Shown here piece after piece: positions 11,036-24,019 of a stretch of DNA of 32,125 nt. The notes below the pieces were generated by a model. That model was not told where the DNA came from. It was given only the letters and a program-made list of their open reading frames with translations, and made no database searches. Position 1 is the stretch's first letter, and the number at the start of each line of letters is the position of its first letter. The position numbers were made by a program, and so were the translations under genes. This stretch comes from Bugula neritina (Eukaryota > Animalia > Bryozoa): contig CAXIUT010000054.1 in the NCBI GenBank assembly GCA_964035545.1, positions 1 through 32,125 of the forward strand. The letters run 5' to 3'.

Positions 11036-14000
11036 TCACTTAATCATTCTTTAACGTTTGAATTTTTTATTTACATTTTCTCTTTTTAACATTCTAGCAT
11101 AAAAAGCATCCATTTCTTCTGTTTTTTCAATTCTATCTGTCCCCTTAAAACTAGTATGAGTCATCTTAAATTAAGAATTTTATCCATTAGAATTTGTATT
11201 TTAAAGTTCAAAGGCAGGAACTCGACGAGTACCCATCAAACGAGTCCCCTTCAAACAAGGTTCAAACACTTTTTTCCATATTTATCTTTTCCAAGCAAGA
11301 ACATGTTCAAAAAAGGCAAACAATACAGCAGCAGCAAGAACTCCTAAAACCAAATAGACAGCTAGTTCTTCATAAAAGAAAATATAATTAGATTGTTTGG
11401 ATTAGTGTACATACATAGACATTACTACATTAACTGCCAATATTCCTAAAGAAATAACGATCAATCTGAAGACAGTGAAGGTAGATTGAAAAGGTCGAAC
11501 AATCAAAACAAATAATAGAAAAACTAACTCAAATAGTGATGAAATGACGTAGAAGTAGAAAGGAATAGTTTGAAAGAAAGAGGCAAAGATGGCTGTAAGA
11601 TATATTTTAGTTAAAAGTAAAGGAAGAAAATATTTGGCTTTAGTTTGTTTTGGTTCTCCTTATTCGATATCATAGTGTTTGTATAGGCTAAAGTAGTCAT
11701 AAAGAAGAGGTTCTTGTTCTGAATATTAGGCAGATTGATGAGAACGTGAAGAATGTTGTGATAGTTGAGACATAGTTCTTCTAGGTAGAGTGTCTTCTTA
11801 TGATTATTGTTCTATTCTACTTTATGTTTGACTGATTTGTTCTATTTTATCAGTACTTTGAGGTAATTTGATAACCATCTCTTAAGCTTTATCAATGCTA
11901 AAGACTCTTCTATCTTTGTTTCTGGGAGCCTCAGCGATCATATATTTGGTTCTAAACCAAATAAAAATAATTCCAGCAAGAAATACAATATTAAGTAAGA
12001 TGGCCAATACTGAGTTAAATGCATCAGTTTTTGTTAGAAGAGAATAATGATATAAAGCATTCATACTGTTAAAGATGAGTAGAAAGATGAAGGCAAGATT
12101 GAGAGTAAATATAAAATATCTTCCTATTTTAACTTTATACTAAATATTAAGACAATAACTGCTAAAAATAGACAAAAGAACTAGCAATAGCCATGAAGCC
12201 AGTAAAACAAAGACAACTACTCCTGAACTATTCATAATTTCTGTAGTAAAATTTAAATTCTAATTGACTTGATAACAACATTATCCAAAGCTGAATCCTT
12301 TCATGAGGCAGATGTAGTTAATTTTTAAAGAGTAAATTGAATCCAATCTGTATACTTAGCAGGAATAATAACACAACTGATATAAATTTGAACAGGCAAA
12401 TATATAAAAGTTATACTATGTAGATGCATTCGTTTAGGAACAAGAATAAAACAAAGAATAATTAAAGCTATTCCCAGAGCACTTATATAGTTTTGAAAGA
12501 GAGTAAAACGATCAAGAGTATCTTCAGGATAATAATCAGCTGGAGGATAAGTCTATAAATTTATTGTATTTGAAAATGTTATTGTTGAAAGCATACGACC
12601 AAAATAAACCTATTGTAGTCTTCGGGCAGAAGAGTAACTCAAAATTATACTTTTTCCTTGGATATTTTCATAATAGATGAGTAATATACTGATTCTAGAG
12701 ATATTCCAAGAAAATTGCTAAACAGTAAAACCAAATTTACTTTAATTTAGTCCCTGAATAGTTAGAGAAAATCTACTGGTTTATATTCTGAGAGGTCTAT
12801 CTAACTCAAGAAGAATGACTACAGCATTAATTCCAAATTTTTTAACAACATTAATCAAAGACAACGTTAGAGGCGTCATAAGATCGCAAATAGAGGCTCC
12901 ATTTGAAGCAGAACAGTTCCATCCTGGCTAAATTGTACATTTACTCGAACATCCGTCTCCATCGAAAGTGTTATTATCATCGCACTGAAGATAGATCAAA
13001 ATACCATCTCCACATATTTATTCGCATCGACCTGATGTTTTTAGTTAGTATCCTATTGACTAAGAACACAAATTACAGCTGTTATTCTAGAACACATAGT
13101 CATCAGAACAACTGATAGGTTGGGTATAGTTGCAAAGCACACTTCCAGCAAATTTAGCAGAACAACTAGCACAGCCTGATATAGGACTGACATATGTACC
13201 ATAACCACATTTAAGAACAGAACAGGTATTGCCGAAAAGAGTCAAAGGAGACTAGCATTTAGTGCAATCAGTTTGCCCAGGACCTGTGCACTCCAAACAC
13301 ACACTATTACAAGAAAAACAAAAACCTAAAGTCTGATTAAAATAGTATCTCTAAAAACAAGAAAAACACTGAGAATTGCCAGAACAGTTAAAACATCCAT
13401 TAGGACAAACTAAACAAACTTTAGCATCTGCACTCTCATAGTAACCAGCAGGACAACTATCAATGCACTCATTTGAAAGCAAGAGATAGTTTGTTTAACA
13501 GTCAGAACAGTAACTTCCATTCACACAGGTTTTGCAGTTAGAAGAACAAGGTTGACAAGTGAAGTTAACTTGGTAGTCAAAATAGAAATCAGGGCATGCC
13601 GCATAGCAATATGTGGTGGCAATTAGTAAATAATAAAGAGGGTTGCAGACTGTGCAACTATTAGGGAGGCCAGTATGACATATAGCACATGCTGCATGAC
13701 AAGTTTGACAAGGTTGCGTAACATTATTGTCATAATAGCCATCATTGCACTGACACTATGTCGCATTAGTATTTAAATATCTTTGGTCTGTAGCACTACA
13801 AAAGACACAATTGTTTCTAAGACCTCCCGTACAAATCTAGCACGAGTAGTGGCAAATCTAGCAATCAGAACTCAAAGACGGACTATAGTAACCGTATAAA
13901 CACACACAGAAAGGGCTAGATACACTGAAAAAGTCAGTAGTTGAGTTGAGCAATCTGTTCCTCGTAGCATTACAAGTAGTACAACTTGCTAGACTCAAAC

Positions 14001-17000
14001 AGGTATAGCAAGTAGGTTCACAAGGCTAGCATTCCTCAGCAGACCCATCATCCCAAAATAGATTATTACATTTACATAAATTATTTGTAGAATCAGCTAT
14101 TCGTTGATTAGTAGCATTGCAACTGGTACACCTATCTCCCTGAGTACAAGTAGAACATCTATAATGACAGGGCAGGCAGTGTTCATCCAAATTGTCATAG
14201 TAATGCTGATCACAAGGACAAGTTTCACTGCTCAGAGTTCTAAAAGCAGTATTGTTGCAACTAGTACAATTGGAAGTAGCCAAAATACACGTTAGACAAC
14301 TATAGACACAGGGCTGGCAAAATTGATTGTTCAAAGTGTCATCAAAAAATCTATCAACACAAATACACAGGAATGAAGAGTCAAAAGATCGATGGTTAGT
14401 AGCTAAGTCGCAACTTAGACACTGACTTCCATTCGTGCAAGTTTTACAGCTATAGTGGCAACTTTTGCATGTTGGAGTGCTACCATCATCATAGTAACCA
14501 TCTAAGCAGGGACAGAAGATATTAGGAGTGGCTCTAAACCAAGTACCATCGCAAGTTAGACACTAAGTACTATTGGTACAAGTTTTACAGCGATAGTCGC
14601 AGGCAACACAATTTTAATTCAACCCATCATCAAAAAACCAATATTACATATGCAATACTGATTGATATTGTCAAAGATTCTTTGTCTGGTGGCATTGCAA
14701 GAGATGCAGACAGTAAAGTTGCTACAAGTATCACAAGTGTGATGACATTGAGGACATGCCACTGTAGAATTGTTATCGTAGTAGTATTGAGCGCATGTGC
14801 ACCAGTTACTCACCAGTGATCGTAGAGTAGTATCACAACTTGTGCACTTCTGTTCTGTGGTCACACAGGTCAAACAGGCATATGAACAAGGTTTGCACTC
14901 TTCATCTGACCCATCATCAAAGTAATTATCAGCACATATGCAAAGAGAACTTGCATCTAACAACCTCAAAGCAGTGCTATTACAAGTAGCGCATGTAGAA
15001 GCAATAGTACAGGTAGCACAAAAGTAAAGACAGCCAGTACATTATCCACTCACTTCAAGATACTAATCAATGCAAGGACACATATTAGTTCCAGACAGTT
15101 CTCTTTTACGAGCAGCTTAACAAGAACTGCATTGGGTTGCATTCGTACAGGTGTAGCACTCAGGCAAGCATATTAGACATACAATATCAACAAAGTTATC
15201 ATAGTAGCCAGGGACGCAATCACAGACATGGGTGGTCGAGTTGTGAGCACGATGATCAGTAGGGAGGTTACAAGTGAGACAAGTGGTAAGTGTGTTACAG
15301 GTGTCACAGGAATAAAGACATCTCTTGCATTCTTGACTATCTTAGAAATAATAGTATATGCAGTTGCAACTATGAGGAGAAGAAGATGTAATCAATTCCC
15401 TAAAATGAGTTGTGTTGCATGAAGTACAGTCAGTTGCATTTTGACAAGTCAAACAGTCATATCTACAAGGTTGGCATATTTCTAATGCTCCATTATCATA
15501 AAAAAGAGCAGAACATTTGCATTAGCCAGATTAAAAGAACCTTTAGGCAGCCTAAGTACAAGTAAGACAGTCTGTATCACCTGACGAACTACAAGTGAGA
15601 CAACTATGGTGACAACTTTGGCAAGTAGAACTCGATCCATCATCGTAGTAATAGTTATCACATGGACATTCACTGCTAGCAAAGGTTCTGAAAGAACTAG
15701 CTGGACAAGTAACACATTCAGTTGGAGATTCAGGAGTACATGTAGCACATTTATAGTTGCATCCTTCGCAAATACCAGAAGTTTAGTTATCGAATTTGTC
15801 TGTCGGGCAAGAACATAAATTACTACTATTTATAACTTTGAGAGAAACAGCAACACAAGCTGAACAAGAATTTCCATCAGAGCAAGTATAACAGGAAGAG
15901 TGACAAGCAGTGCAAAGTCCAGTAGAATTTTAGTAGAATCCTGTTTTACAAGGACAACTACTACCGTCTAAAATTCTATTATTTGCTGAATTACAAGTAG
16001 TACAATTAGTCGCTATGGTGCTGCAAGTCTAACAGCGATGGTCACAAGTAGAACAGTGCTCAACCGTTGCAGAAGTCTAAAAGAATCCATCCATGCAAAT
16101 ACAAAAAGTAGAAGAACTTTGGTACTCCCTTTTGGCTGTTGAGTTACAAGTCAGACAGACAGAAGTTGAAGAACATGTAAAACAACGATTGTCGCAAGCT
16201 ACACAAGTTTAAACGCTATTATCGAAATAGCGATCCATGCATTTACAAAGAGGAGTCAAGCTAGTAGACTCTCTGAAAGAAGTAGCGTTACAAGTATCGC
16301 ATGTAGTTCCATTTGAACAGGTCTAGCAGGTATATTGACAAATAGGACAGTCAGTACTAATAGAATCATCATAGTATCCTGGACTGTTAATACAGCCAGG
16401 AGTACTACCTCGATTATTTCCGCAAGTAGTGCAGTTAGTCGCTGTTACATCACAAGTTGCACATTTGTAGTTACAAGCATCACAGACATAAACAGAATTA
16501 TCAAAATATTTATCTAGGCAGGGACATGTCTTATTGCTTGATACATAAGAACGAAATGCGTTAGCTGTATCACAAGTAAGGCAAGTTGTTTAGTCTGTTC
16601 CTGTGCAAGTAGTACAACTGTAGTGACATTTGGTGCAAGCTGCTGCCCCTGAATCATGATAGGTAGCCACGCAGGGGCAAGTGTGATTGTTGGATAGATA
16701 GAGTCGATTATGAGTAGTATTGCAAGTTGTACAACTTGTAACTGAATTATTGCAGGTAAGACAGCTATAATGGCAAGTAAGTTAGGTGCAAGCAGCAACC
16801 ACAGGACTGCCCTCAACGTATCCATCATTGCACTGACATGAGCCAAAAGATGTGAGGAAGCGAGTCGCATCACATGTAAGACAAGCAGTACTCGATGAAT
16901 GCGTACATGTTTTGCAAGTAACATCGCAATCGTAGCAAACCCCGTTGGCTTAGTATTCACCAGTAGTGCAGGCAGAATTTCCAACTGAGATAAGTAAGAA

Positions 17001-17039
17001 AATGGATAAGAGCAGGATCAGATCTGAACCAGTTAGCAT
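11036..17039 (-). CDS. Large surface/membrane protein: signal peptide, ~25-30 furin-like/growth-factor-receptor Cys-rich repeats, a Myxococcus-type Cys-rich repeat and a multi-pass C-terminus (~2000 aa; two apparent 1-nt deletions)
   Basis: Signal MLTGSDLILLLSIFLLISVGNSA, repeats CxxCxxxCxTC...CxxC...CxCxxxYYD, motif CGDG...QCDDNNTFDGDGCSSKCTIEPGWNC, and several hydrophobic helices including LIVRPF. The frame shifts at homopolymers ~14632-14637 and ~12322-12326. Confidence 0.85.
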
Positions 17040-17284
17040 GGGTATATTAATTTAGATTATAATCTAATAAATTTCATTGGATTCGATTTGATAATTATGA
17101 AAGTAACCTGAATATTTATTCAAAATATCTAATCCAAATAAGTTCAAAAAAATATTTAATCCAATTCAAGAGATAATTTGGATATAAACTTATAATCAAT
17201 GAATTAATGACTTTAATAAGTAACTTAAGATGTTTTATTTCATAAAATTATAATTTTTAAGGATATTTTTAGTTTTATTTTGAA

Positions 17285-18132
17285 TCATTGATCGTGATTG
17301 GGTTCTCTGTACCTGAGGTTATCAGCTGTATTGATACTGAAGTCAGTAGTGTCAATATTGTACCTTTGCAAGATGCTTAGAATATTTATGGATGATGCAC
17401 TACTCCATGTTTTTTAAAGTGAAGTTGTTAGTCCTATATATATAAAATTCTACATTTGTATTGACTCCCCAAACTTTGAACTCGTCAGCCTCTACTGTGA
17501 GGTCATATTTTAGCTGACCTTCTTCAGTCAAAAAATCAGCATTATCTCTATCATCAAAACGCATTTTATCTTCAGTCAAAGGCTTGACAAATTGGTTTTC
17601 AACCCAGTAGATATATCTATCTTGATGTAGCTGTACCTCATGTTTCCCAATGATTGAGATTCTACTTTAAGAACTCTTCCTCCTCTGAGAAGGAATAATT
17701 TGGTAGGATGATACATGAAATCACGCCAATACCAGATTCTGGAGCAGTAGACAAATGGAGTAAAGTAGAGGAAGAAACTATTCCAGTACCAGATTAGTTC
17801 TAGAGGATTAAGGAGATAGTTAAGGATGGCTAGAGGAACAAAAGATTAATCTAAATGAGTTTTTTAGTACAAAATATCTGTGGGTATTTGAAGTAGATGT
17901 TTTAGTTTTTGATAGGATTTCCTGAATAAAGCAACACTTCTCCTTCCCTATTGAATTCGATCGTATAAGTTGGTTTGTATACTCTGTTAGAAGTGATGAC
18001 CAGAGGTTCTTGGTTAGCTTGTTCAGCCAAAACACGAATATTCTCTTCATTCATATTTTTGATATGACCGATGCTGGCTCGAGATTGAAGAGTCGGTTTT
18101 AGTAATGAACGAAGGGTGCGGGAAACAATCAT
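17285..18132 (-). CDS. Putative mitochondrial inner-membrane protein (possible TMEM70/186/223-like architecture)
   Basis: Arg/Ser/Leu-rich presequence-like start MIVSRTLRSLLKPTLQSRAS and two hydrophobic segments. 20-nt introns at 17851-17870, 17617-17636 and 17434-17453. One apparent missing base near 17362. The family assignment is tentative. Confidence 0.7.
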
Positions 18133-18420
18133 AAATAATTATGTTGATGGATTATATTTAATATCAAGATAAAACTTGACTCTGAGAAATTAAAATAGAT
18201 AAGCAATTATTAAAGTTAATTCTTGAGTATATTTTAAGTTGAAAAGAATCTTTTAAACCTTTTTTTAAAAAGAATAAAAAATAAAAAAACTATCAAAACT
18301 TAAAAGATTCTGAATAATTCAAAAAGAACTATTTTTGATTGAAGGGGCATGTTTGTAAATTTTTATCTGTAGATTGATTTAAAAATATTAAATGATAAAA
18401 TAAATAAAATTGATATTGAA

Positions 18421-19233
18421 TCATTATTTGACAATTCTCTTCAAGAGGTTATTTTTTTTATCATTTATAATTTTTTTTCTTTGTTTCTCTGAAAAAAAAT
18501 GTTCATAAATAGGACTATCAGGCAACTATTCAATAGTCTGGCCCTCATAACTTTCTTACATTTGACAGTTCGCATTCAAAAAAGAAAGATCAAACGCTAC
18601 CTGCAGATCAGAATATCGATAATTCCCTCTATGATAACTAGTCCTTAAATATTTCATCTAGTTTTACTTACGTTATTTCTCTAGTATCTATGAAATACGC
18701 TTAGAATGTCTTTGTGGCTGTTCTGTATATACTTTTTTTGTAACTGGGGAGCACCATTCATTATCTTTTCTTCTCTTTTTGGAAAGTAAAGCTGACTATT
18801 ATTCATCTTAGAGCAATTCTTGGTAGATTTAGTGATCGATTAATTCTAGTTAGGGAGAGGGGTGATCTTTAAGAGTTTTGAAAAAATATTCTAGATCAAT
18901 TTCTTTTATCCAATTTTGACTTGTTGGGGGTTAGTAATATTATTTTGATTTATGATTTTAGGACTAAACTTAACTTTTTTAATGATGAATTACTATTTTG
19001 ACTTATTTTTATTTCTTAAAAGGATTATTTATTCCATTCTCTTTTAATTATAATTTTTAATTATATGAATCACTTTTTTAACCTTTTGTAGTTGAGTTAT
19101 CTTTTTCTTACATTTCATATTGATGTGATATTTTTAGATATTTTTCATGATTGATTTGAATATTAAGCGATGGTTGTTGTTTATTTTGATGGGGTATTTT
19201 ATTAAATAAAATATTTTTGATATTATTATCCAT
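18421..19233 (-). CDS. Hypothetical charged protein (270 aa) with a basic NLS-like KKRRK
   Basis: ATG 19233 to TGA 18421 is open in the TAR=Glu code. No recognisable domain. Confidence 0.65.
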
Positions 19234-19337
19234 ATTTTTTATTAATTTTTATTGAATTACTTCAGTTAAAGACTACAAATTATTTTTATAAAGATTCTAC
19301 ATTTATATTAATATATCTATACCTAATTTAAATTTAT

Positions 19338-20481
19338 ATGCTTCATTTCTTGTATTTCTTTCTTATCCTTTCATCAACTAAAGAACCCATTCTTGAACTA
19401 AAGATGAATCTGACTCCTCAAAAATAATTACAAACTCAATTCTTATTAGGAAACAGTTTAGTACCAGGTAAAATGATAATAAAACAGTTAAAGTAAAAAT
19501 CAATTTCAAAAATATCAATATCTGTTGTAAAAATAAAAAAGGTGTAGTAAGCAGAGTATACTATTTTCTACTAAATCCATTCAATCCTTCAAGAGACTAC
19601 ACTTGTCATCATAAAAATCCTGTAAAAGATGTGGCCAAATTTCCTAAAATAGGACCTTTAACCATTCCATTCAATTAAATCATCTTTCCTAACTGTGAAC
19701 AAGGAATACTAGGTTTCAGTCAGGATTCATAATTCATAAATCTACTGCCTCACAGTGATCAATATTTTGTTATAGAATAATAAAGTGGAAATAAACGTCG
19801 AAATCAATGGAGTCTACGAGTTGGCGGAAATATCCATCAAAAATTTAAATATTTCTCAAGAAGTGATATTCCTATGTGGAACATCAACTTAGATTTAGTT
19901 TCATTCAATGATATTTAACTGGGAAAACAAACTGTTGTTCTTACTTCTGATAAATATGAAATAATGATTCCTAAAGAACCCTTTGAAGTTGTTAAATAAG
20001 AATTGGTGAGGAATTTCTTGTGTATTTAAAGAAAAGGAGCTATGATATGTCCGTGCAGTGAAGGGATAGTAGACAGTTTTCCTGATTTAATATTTTAAGG
20101 ACAAAATCAAAAGATAACAATAAAACCTGATAAGTATCTTGTAGATGAGGACTAGATTTGTCATTGTAAAATATCATCAGCTTCTGTTTCATACTGGTCT
20201 ATCAGTATTTTAATGTTGAAAGAAGTAGACTTAATGTTTCTCTTCAATGGTTCAATTGGAATTGCTCCTAAACGTCGATCTATCCATTCCAGCGATGTAC
20301 TCTTTTACATAGTTAGTCTATCAACCAACCTCTACAGATAATGTTGAATTCAGCTGTCTTGCTATTGATGTGTTTGTTCATCGCCATGATTGGTATAGAA
20401 GTTATAAGACAAATAACTCAAATTTAAAATGCTGGAAATTAGTCATTCTAAAATTATATGCTCAAAAAAATGGAATAATGA
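19338..20481 (+). CDS. Pepsin-fold (A1 aspartic protease-like) protein lacking both catalytic Asp, with signal peptide and C-terminal TM helix
   Basis: Pepsin landmarks in order: GILGFS, LRVGG, WNINLDLVSFN, FPDLIF...ITIKPDKYL, WSISILMLKEVDLMF, IGIA. The DTG sites read INFKN and LTSDK. Introns at 19468-19487 and 20312-20337, and possibly 19527-19547. Confidence 0.72.
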
Positions 20482-20583
20482 AATAAAGAGTTAGTTATTG
20501 TCTTTTGTTTTCTATAACTTTTTGATATTTAAAAATTTATTTGATTAAATAATAATCTTTGTATATAAGTTTAGCTCTTAAGT

Positions 20584-21963
20584 ATGATGATGGAGGACGA
20601 TAAAATCAAAAAGATGACTAAAGATACTTCCTTTTTTGAAGACTCTAAGTTCAAAACATTCAATGAAGAACTCCGTTAATTTAAAATCCCTATTCGCCCT
20701 TAAGCTATTTCTGAAATTTCTCTTAAACTTTATGGCTATGGATACTTGGAATAAGAAGGTCGTAAAAAACAGACTGAAATGAAAGAAAACTTTATTGCTT
20801 TTCTGCGAGGAGCTTTGAAAGAATGTTCTAAAATAAAGACTCTTAAACTGTAGTTTATGGGATTTAGTGTAGAAGATAAAAGTTTAATAAGGATAATAGA
20901 AATAGTGGAAGAATTAATAAATCGTAGGAATCACAAGTTTTAAACCATATGGATTCATACCAGATTTCTAAGAGATTGTTAACTTGGAACTGCAACAGAA
21001 CTACTTAACCTAATGGACAATATGGTTAAAGTTGATATTGATGAAGTCAGTTTCATGATGTCAGCTTGGTAGTTTAAATAAAGTCCACTAGACTACTTTA
21101 AATTTGGTAATTTATTTAGTGTATTTGCTAGCAACCTAGCTGTTATACCCTCAACTAATCTTAAAAGAGTTAAACTGGATCTTTCTTCTTGGTATATTCA
21201 CAACCTAGAAGCATATAACTTCCTCTCTCGTGCCTTGACAAATGACACAATTATTAAGGAGATTCAGAAAGCCCGTTCAGGTGAGGATCAACGCCACAGA
21301 TAAATGAGAGAAGATGTGTCTGCATCTTAACATATGATAAAAAACTATCTCAATAACTTAGATGAAATGTATAGGATAGAAAATCCAATTCCTGGTACTT
21401 TAAAGTTTATTACCCAAGATGGATAGTTTAAAAATAGAAAAAATCGATATATTCAAACTCTTTTGGCGAAAGGTGTAAATACAGATGAAGTAAAGAAAGT
21501 TTATTAAGAGAGTAGAATGCCTGAAGAACATGCAAAGGTTCTTTAAAAAATAAAAAAAGATATTGAAAGAGATATTTAGTAACAAAGCAAAAGAATTTAA
21601 AGAGAAGAAGAGATGGTTAAATCAACTAAAAAAGATTAAAAAGAAATTGATTCAAAGTTTTATAAATTTCCTTTTGATTTCGTGATGGCACTTCGAGTTC
21701 AAGCTTTTCATCGACAATTTGCAGCCTTTATTAAAGATATCCACTAAAATTTATTACCTATCTCAGAAATTGAAATTGATTTGCGCAATTGGAGTGGACT
21801 ATTTCATATGAATGACTTAAAGAAAATGTTAGATAAATAGTTTGCTCAAGAGGGAGCCATGAAATTGCTAGGAAATGCAATGAGTAAAGTAATACCTCGA
21901 GGATAAAGTATGGTAAGAGAAGCAGAAGAAGGACCAAAATTGAAAATGAAATTTATCATGTGA
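20584..21963 (+). CDS. Hypothetical protein with divergent LRR-like strands (459 aa)
   Basis: Intronless ORF with recurring LxxLxL-type motifs: ISEISLKLYGY, IKTLKLEFMGF, IDEVSFMMSAW, LKRVKLDLSSW and ISEIEIDLRNW. Confidence 0.78.
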
Positions 21964-22070
21964 TCAAACTCGAATTAATTCTTTATAATTTAAAAATAAA
22001 AATGTATTTGAAGTTTTTAAAACAATTAAATATGAATCATTATTAATAGTTATATTAGAAGTTATAAAAA

Positions 22071-23272
22071 ATGTCAATAAAATGCGCTTAAAGAGTTGTT
22101 AGGAGTAATATGAGTTTTGTCGATAATAAAATTTGGGAAGGTGTTGGACTCAGAGTAGCTGAAAGAATGGCTAAACCAAAAGTATCTAAATAAAGTTCTA
22201 AAATTTTAGAAGATTTCCTTTGTATGAATAATAAATGCAGTATTAAAAATAGTTTAGTTAGAAAAGAATAATAAAGAGTTGGAAAACTATATGAAAGAGG
22301 AATAGCTGGAGTAGCTGTCCTAAAAAAAGAAAGAAAAAGTTCAATAGTTCCTCAAAAAAGTTCAATACTAAGTAAAGGACGTATGAAAAAAATGCATTCT
22401 CGGATTGTAACTTAAAAAACTGAAAATAAATAAGTTAAACATGAATAGATAAATAATAGCTGTCATCCGTTATTTATTTCTCATTTAGATAGGAAGGAAT
22501 AAAACAAAAACTAATAATTTTATCGGGCCTCTATGATATAACGTGATCGGTCTTATCAGCTAGACAAATAAGATTAAAAATAACGTTTGTATAAGAGTGA
22601 AAAACACTCTAAAATTATGATGAAAAAGTATCGATAACATAAAATTTTTACATATGACTATGAAGGAAACTTTGTAGGAGTTAAATAAAAAAATCGAAAT
22701 ATAGTGCTTCGTGAAATGGGGTATCTTTATTGGTAGACAGATCAAGCTGCTCATCCTCTATCACTAGAAAAGCATAGAATAGACAACCTCCTTTGAATCT
22801 CCAGACTGTAGTGACCATCAAAAATAAAAGACCTGTCACCGAGTAAGTTAGTGACGATAATGAATCAGAAGAAGAAGATAAACCTTTAAAGGGCAAGGCA
22901 GGAAATCCAGTAAATTTGGGTTAAATATTCAAGAAAGGAAAGTAGGTTGAATTGGGAGTGAGTTTTATAGATTTAGCAGCTAATTCAACATTTTATGGAG
23001 AAAGAAGGAGTAAAACAGCTCCTAAAAATTTAAATCTTAGCTAGTTTAAATAAAATAAATCATCTTTTAAATCTAAAAATCCTGAACAAATCCGAAGACT
23101 ATAATTATGTGATGCCAAAAAAACAATTGATTTTGGACTTCATAAAGATGTTGACAAAATAAGTTAGGCAAAATCTCGCTCTTTTTCTTCAATTTTGAGT
23201 AAATGTGAAAGAAAAACTGGTTTGATCAGCAAAAATTAAAAATTATTTAGTTAAACTTTTGGAGAAGAGTGA
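22071..23272 (+). CDS. Hypothetical protein (~393 aa)
   Basis: Open frame once a 20-nt intron at 22721-22740 is removed. Contains FTYDYEGNFVGV and an acidic patch. No confident family. Confidence 0.68.
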
Positions 23273-23418
23273 TAATCCTCTTTATTTATCAATCATTTAT
23301 GATTTTATTTAATGAATGAAGCTTAGATTTAGCTATTTTAATTTTAATTTTAAAAGTATGAAACGGCGATTCATTATCTTTAATTTTGAGTAAATTCTTT
23401 TATGGAATAATATGATAT

Positions 23419-23850
23419 ATGAAGAATTAATCTTTCTTTGGTAAAAAACAATCACTGTTCTTTCGAATATCTAAAACTAAAAAGCTTCCTGATGACTTTT
23501 TTGCCCCTTCAACTTAAAGAAAACCTAAAATTGGTCGATCACTGTGTGATCACTAAAAAACAAGTGCATTTGAAACTCCTAAATTCAATTGTCCAACTCT
23601 TTAAGAAATCAAGTCAAAAAGAAAACATATTTTAACTTAACCCATCAATAATGATCCATTATGTCTGATAAGTTAGAAAGGAAATAAGATGCTTGGGTGC
23701 CTCAACTTAAATCAATTACAATGTAGTCAAGAAATAATAAAATGTAAGAGAAAAACTTTAGGAAAAGAAGAATTAAGAAAAAAAATTGGAGAATTAGAGG
23801 ACGGAAGAAGAACAGGAACAAATTTTAGACCATTAAGGAAGATTAAATGA
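23419..23850 (+). CDS. Small basic hypothetical protein (143 aa)
   Basis: ATG 23419 to TGA 23848-23850 is open, with coding-like composition between two AT-rich spacers. Confidence 0.55.
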
Positions 23851-24019
23851 TAAATTTATTTTGAAACTTTCTAAAATAAAAAAGAATCTAACTATTTTCT
23901 CTAAAAATATGCTCTTTTTATGTGTTTTGAGAAGTTAAAAATAAATATTTATAAAAAAGAAGACTAAAATTATTCTTTTTAAGGTTGTTATAAATATTTA
24001 ACAATGATGTAACAAACAA

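Noticed and set aside
12322-17364. Euplotes-type programmed +1 frameshifting
   Set aside because: The shifts here need -1 (a missing base), lack the AAA-stop context, and mostly fall in homopolymers typical of long-read error.
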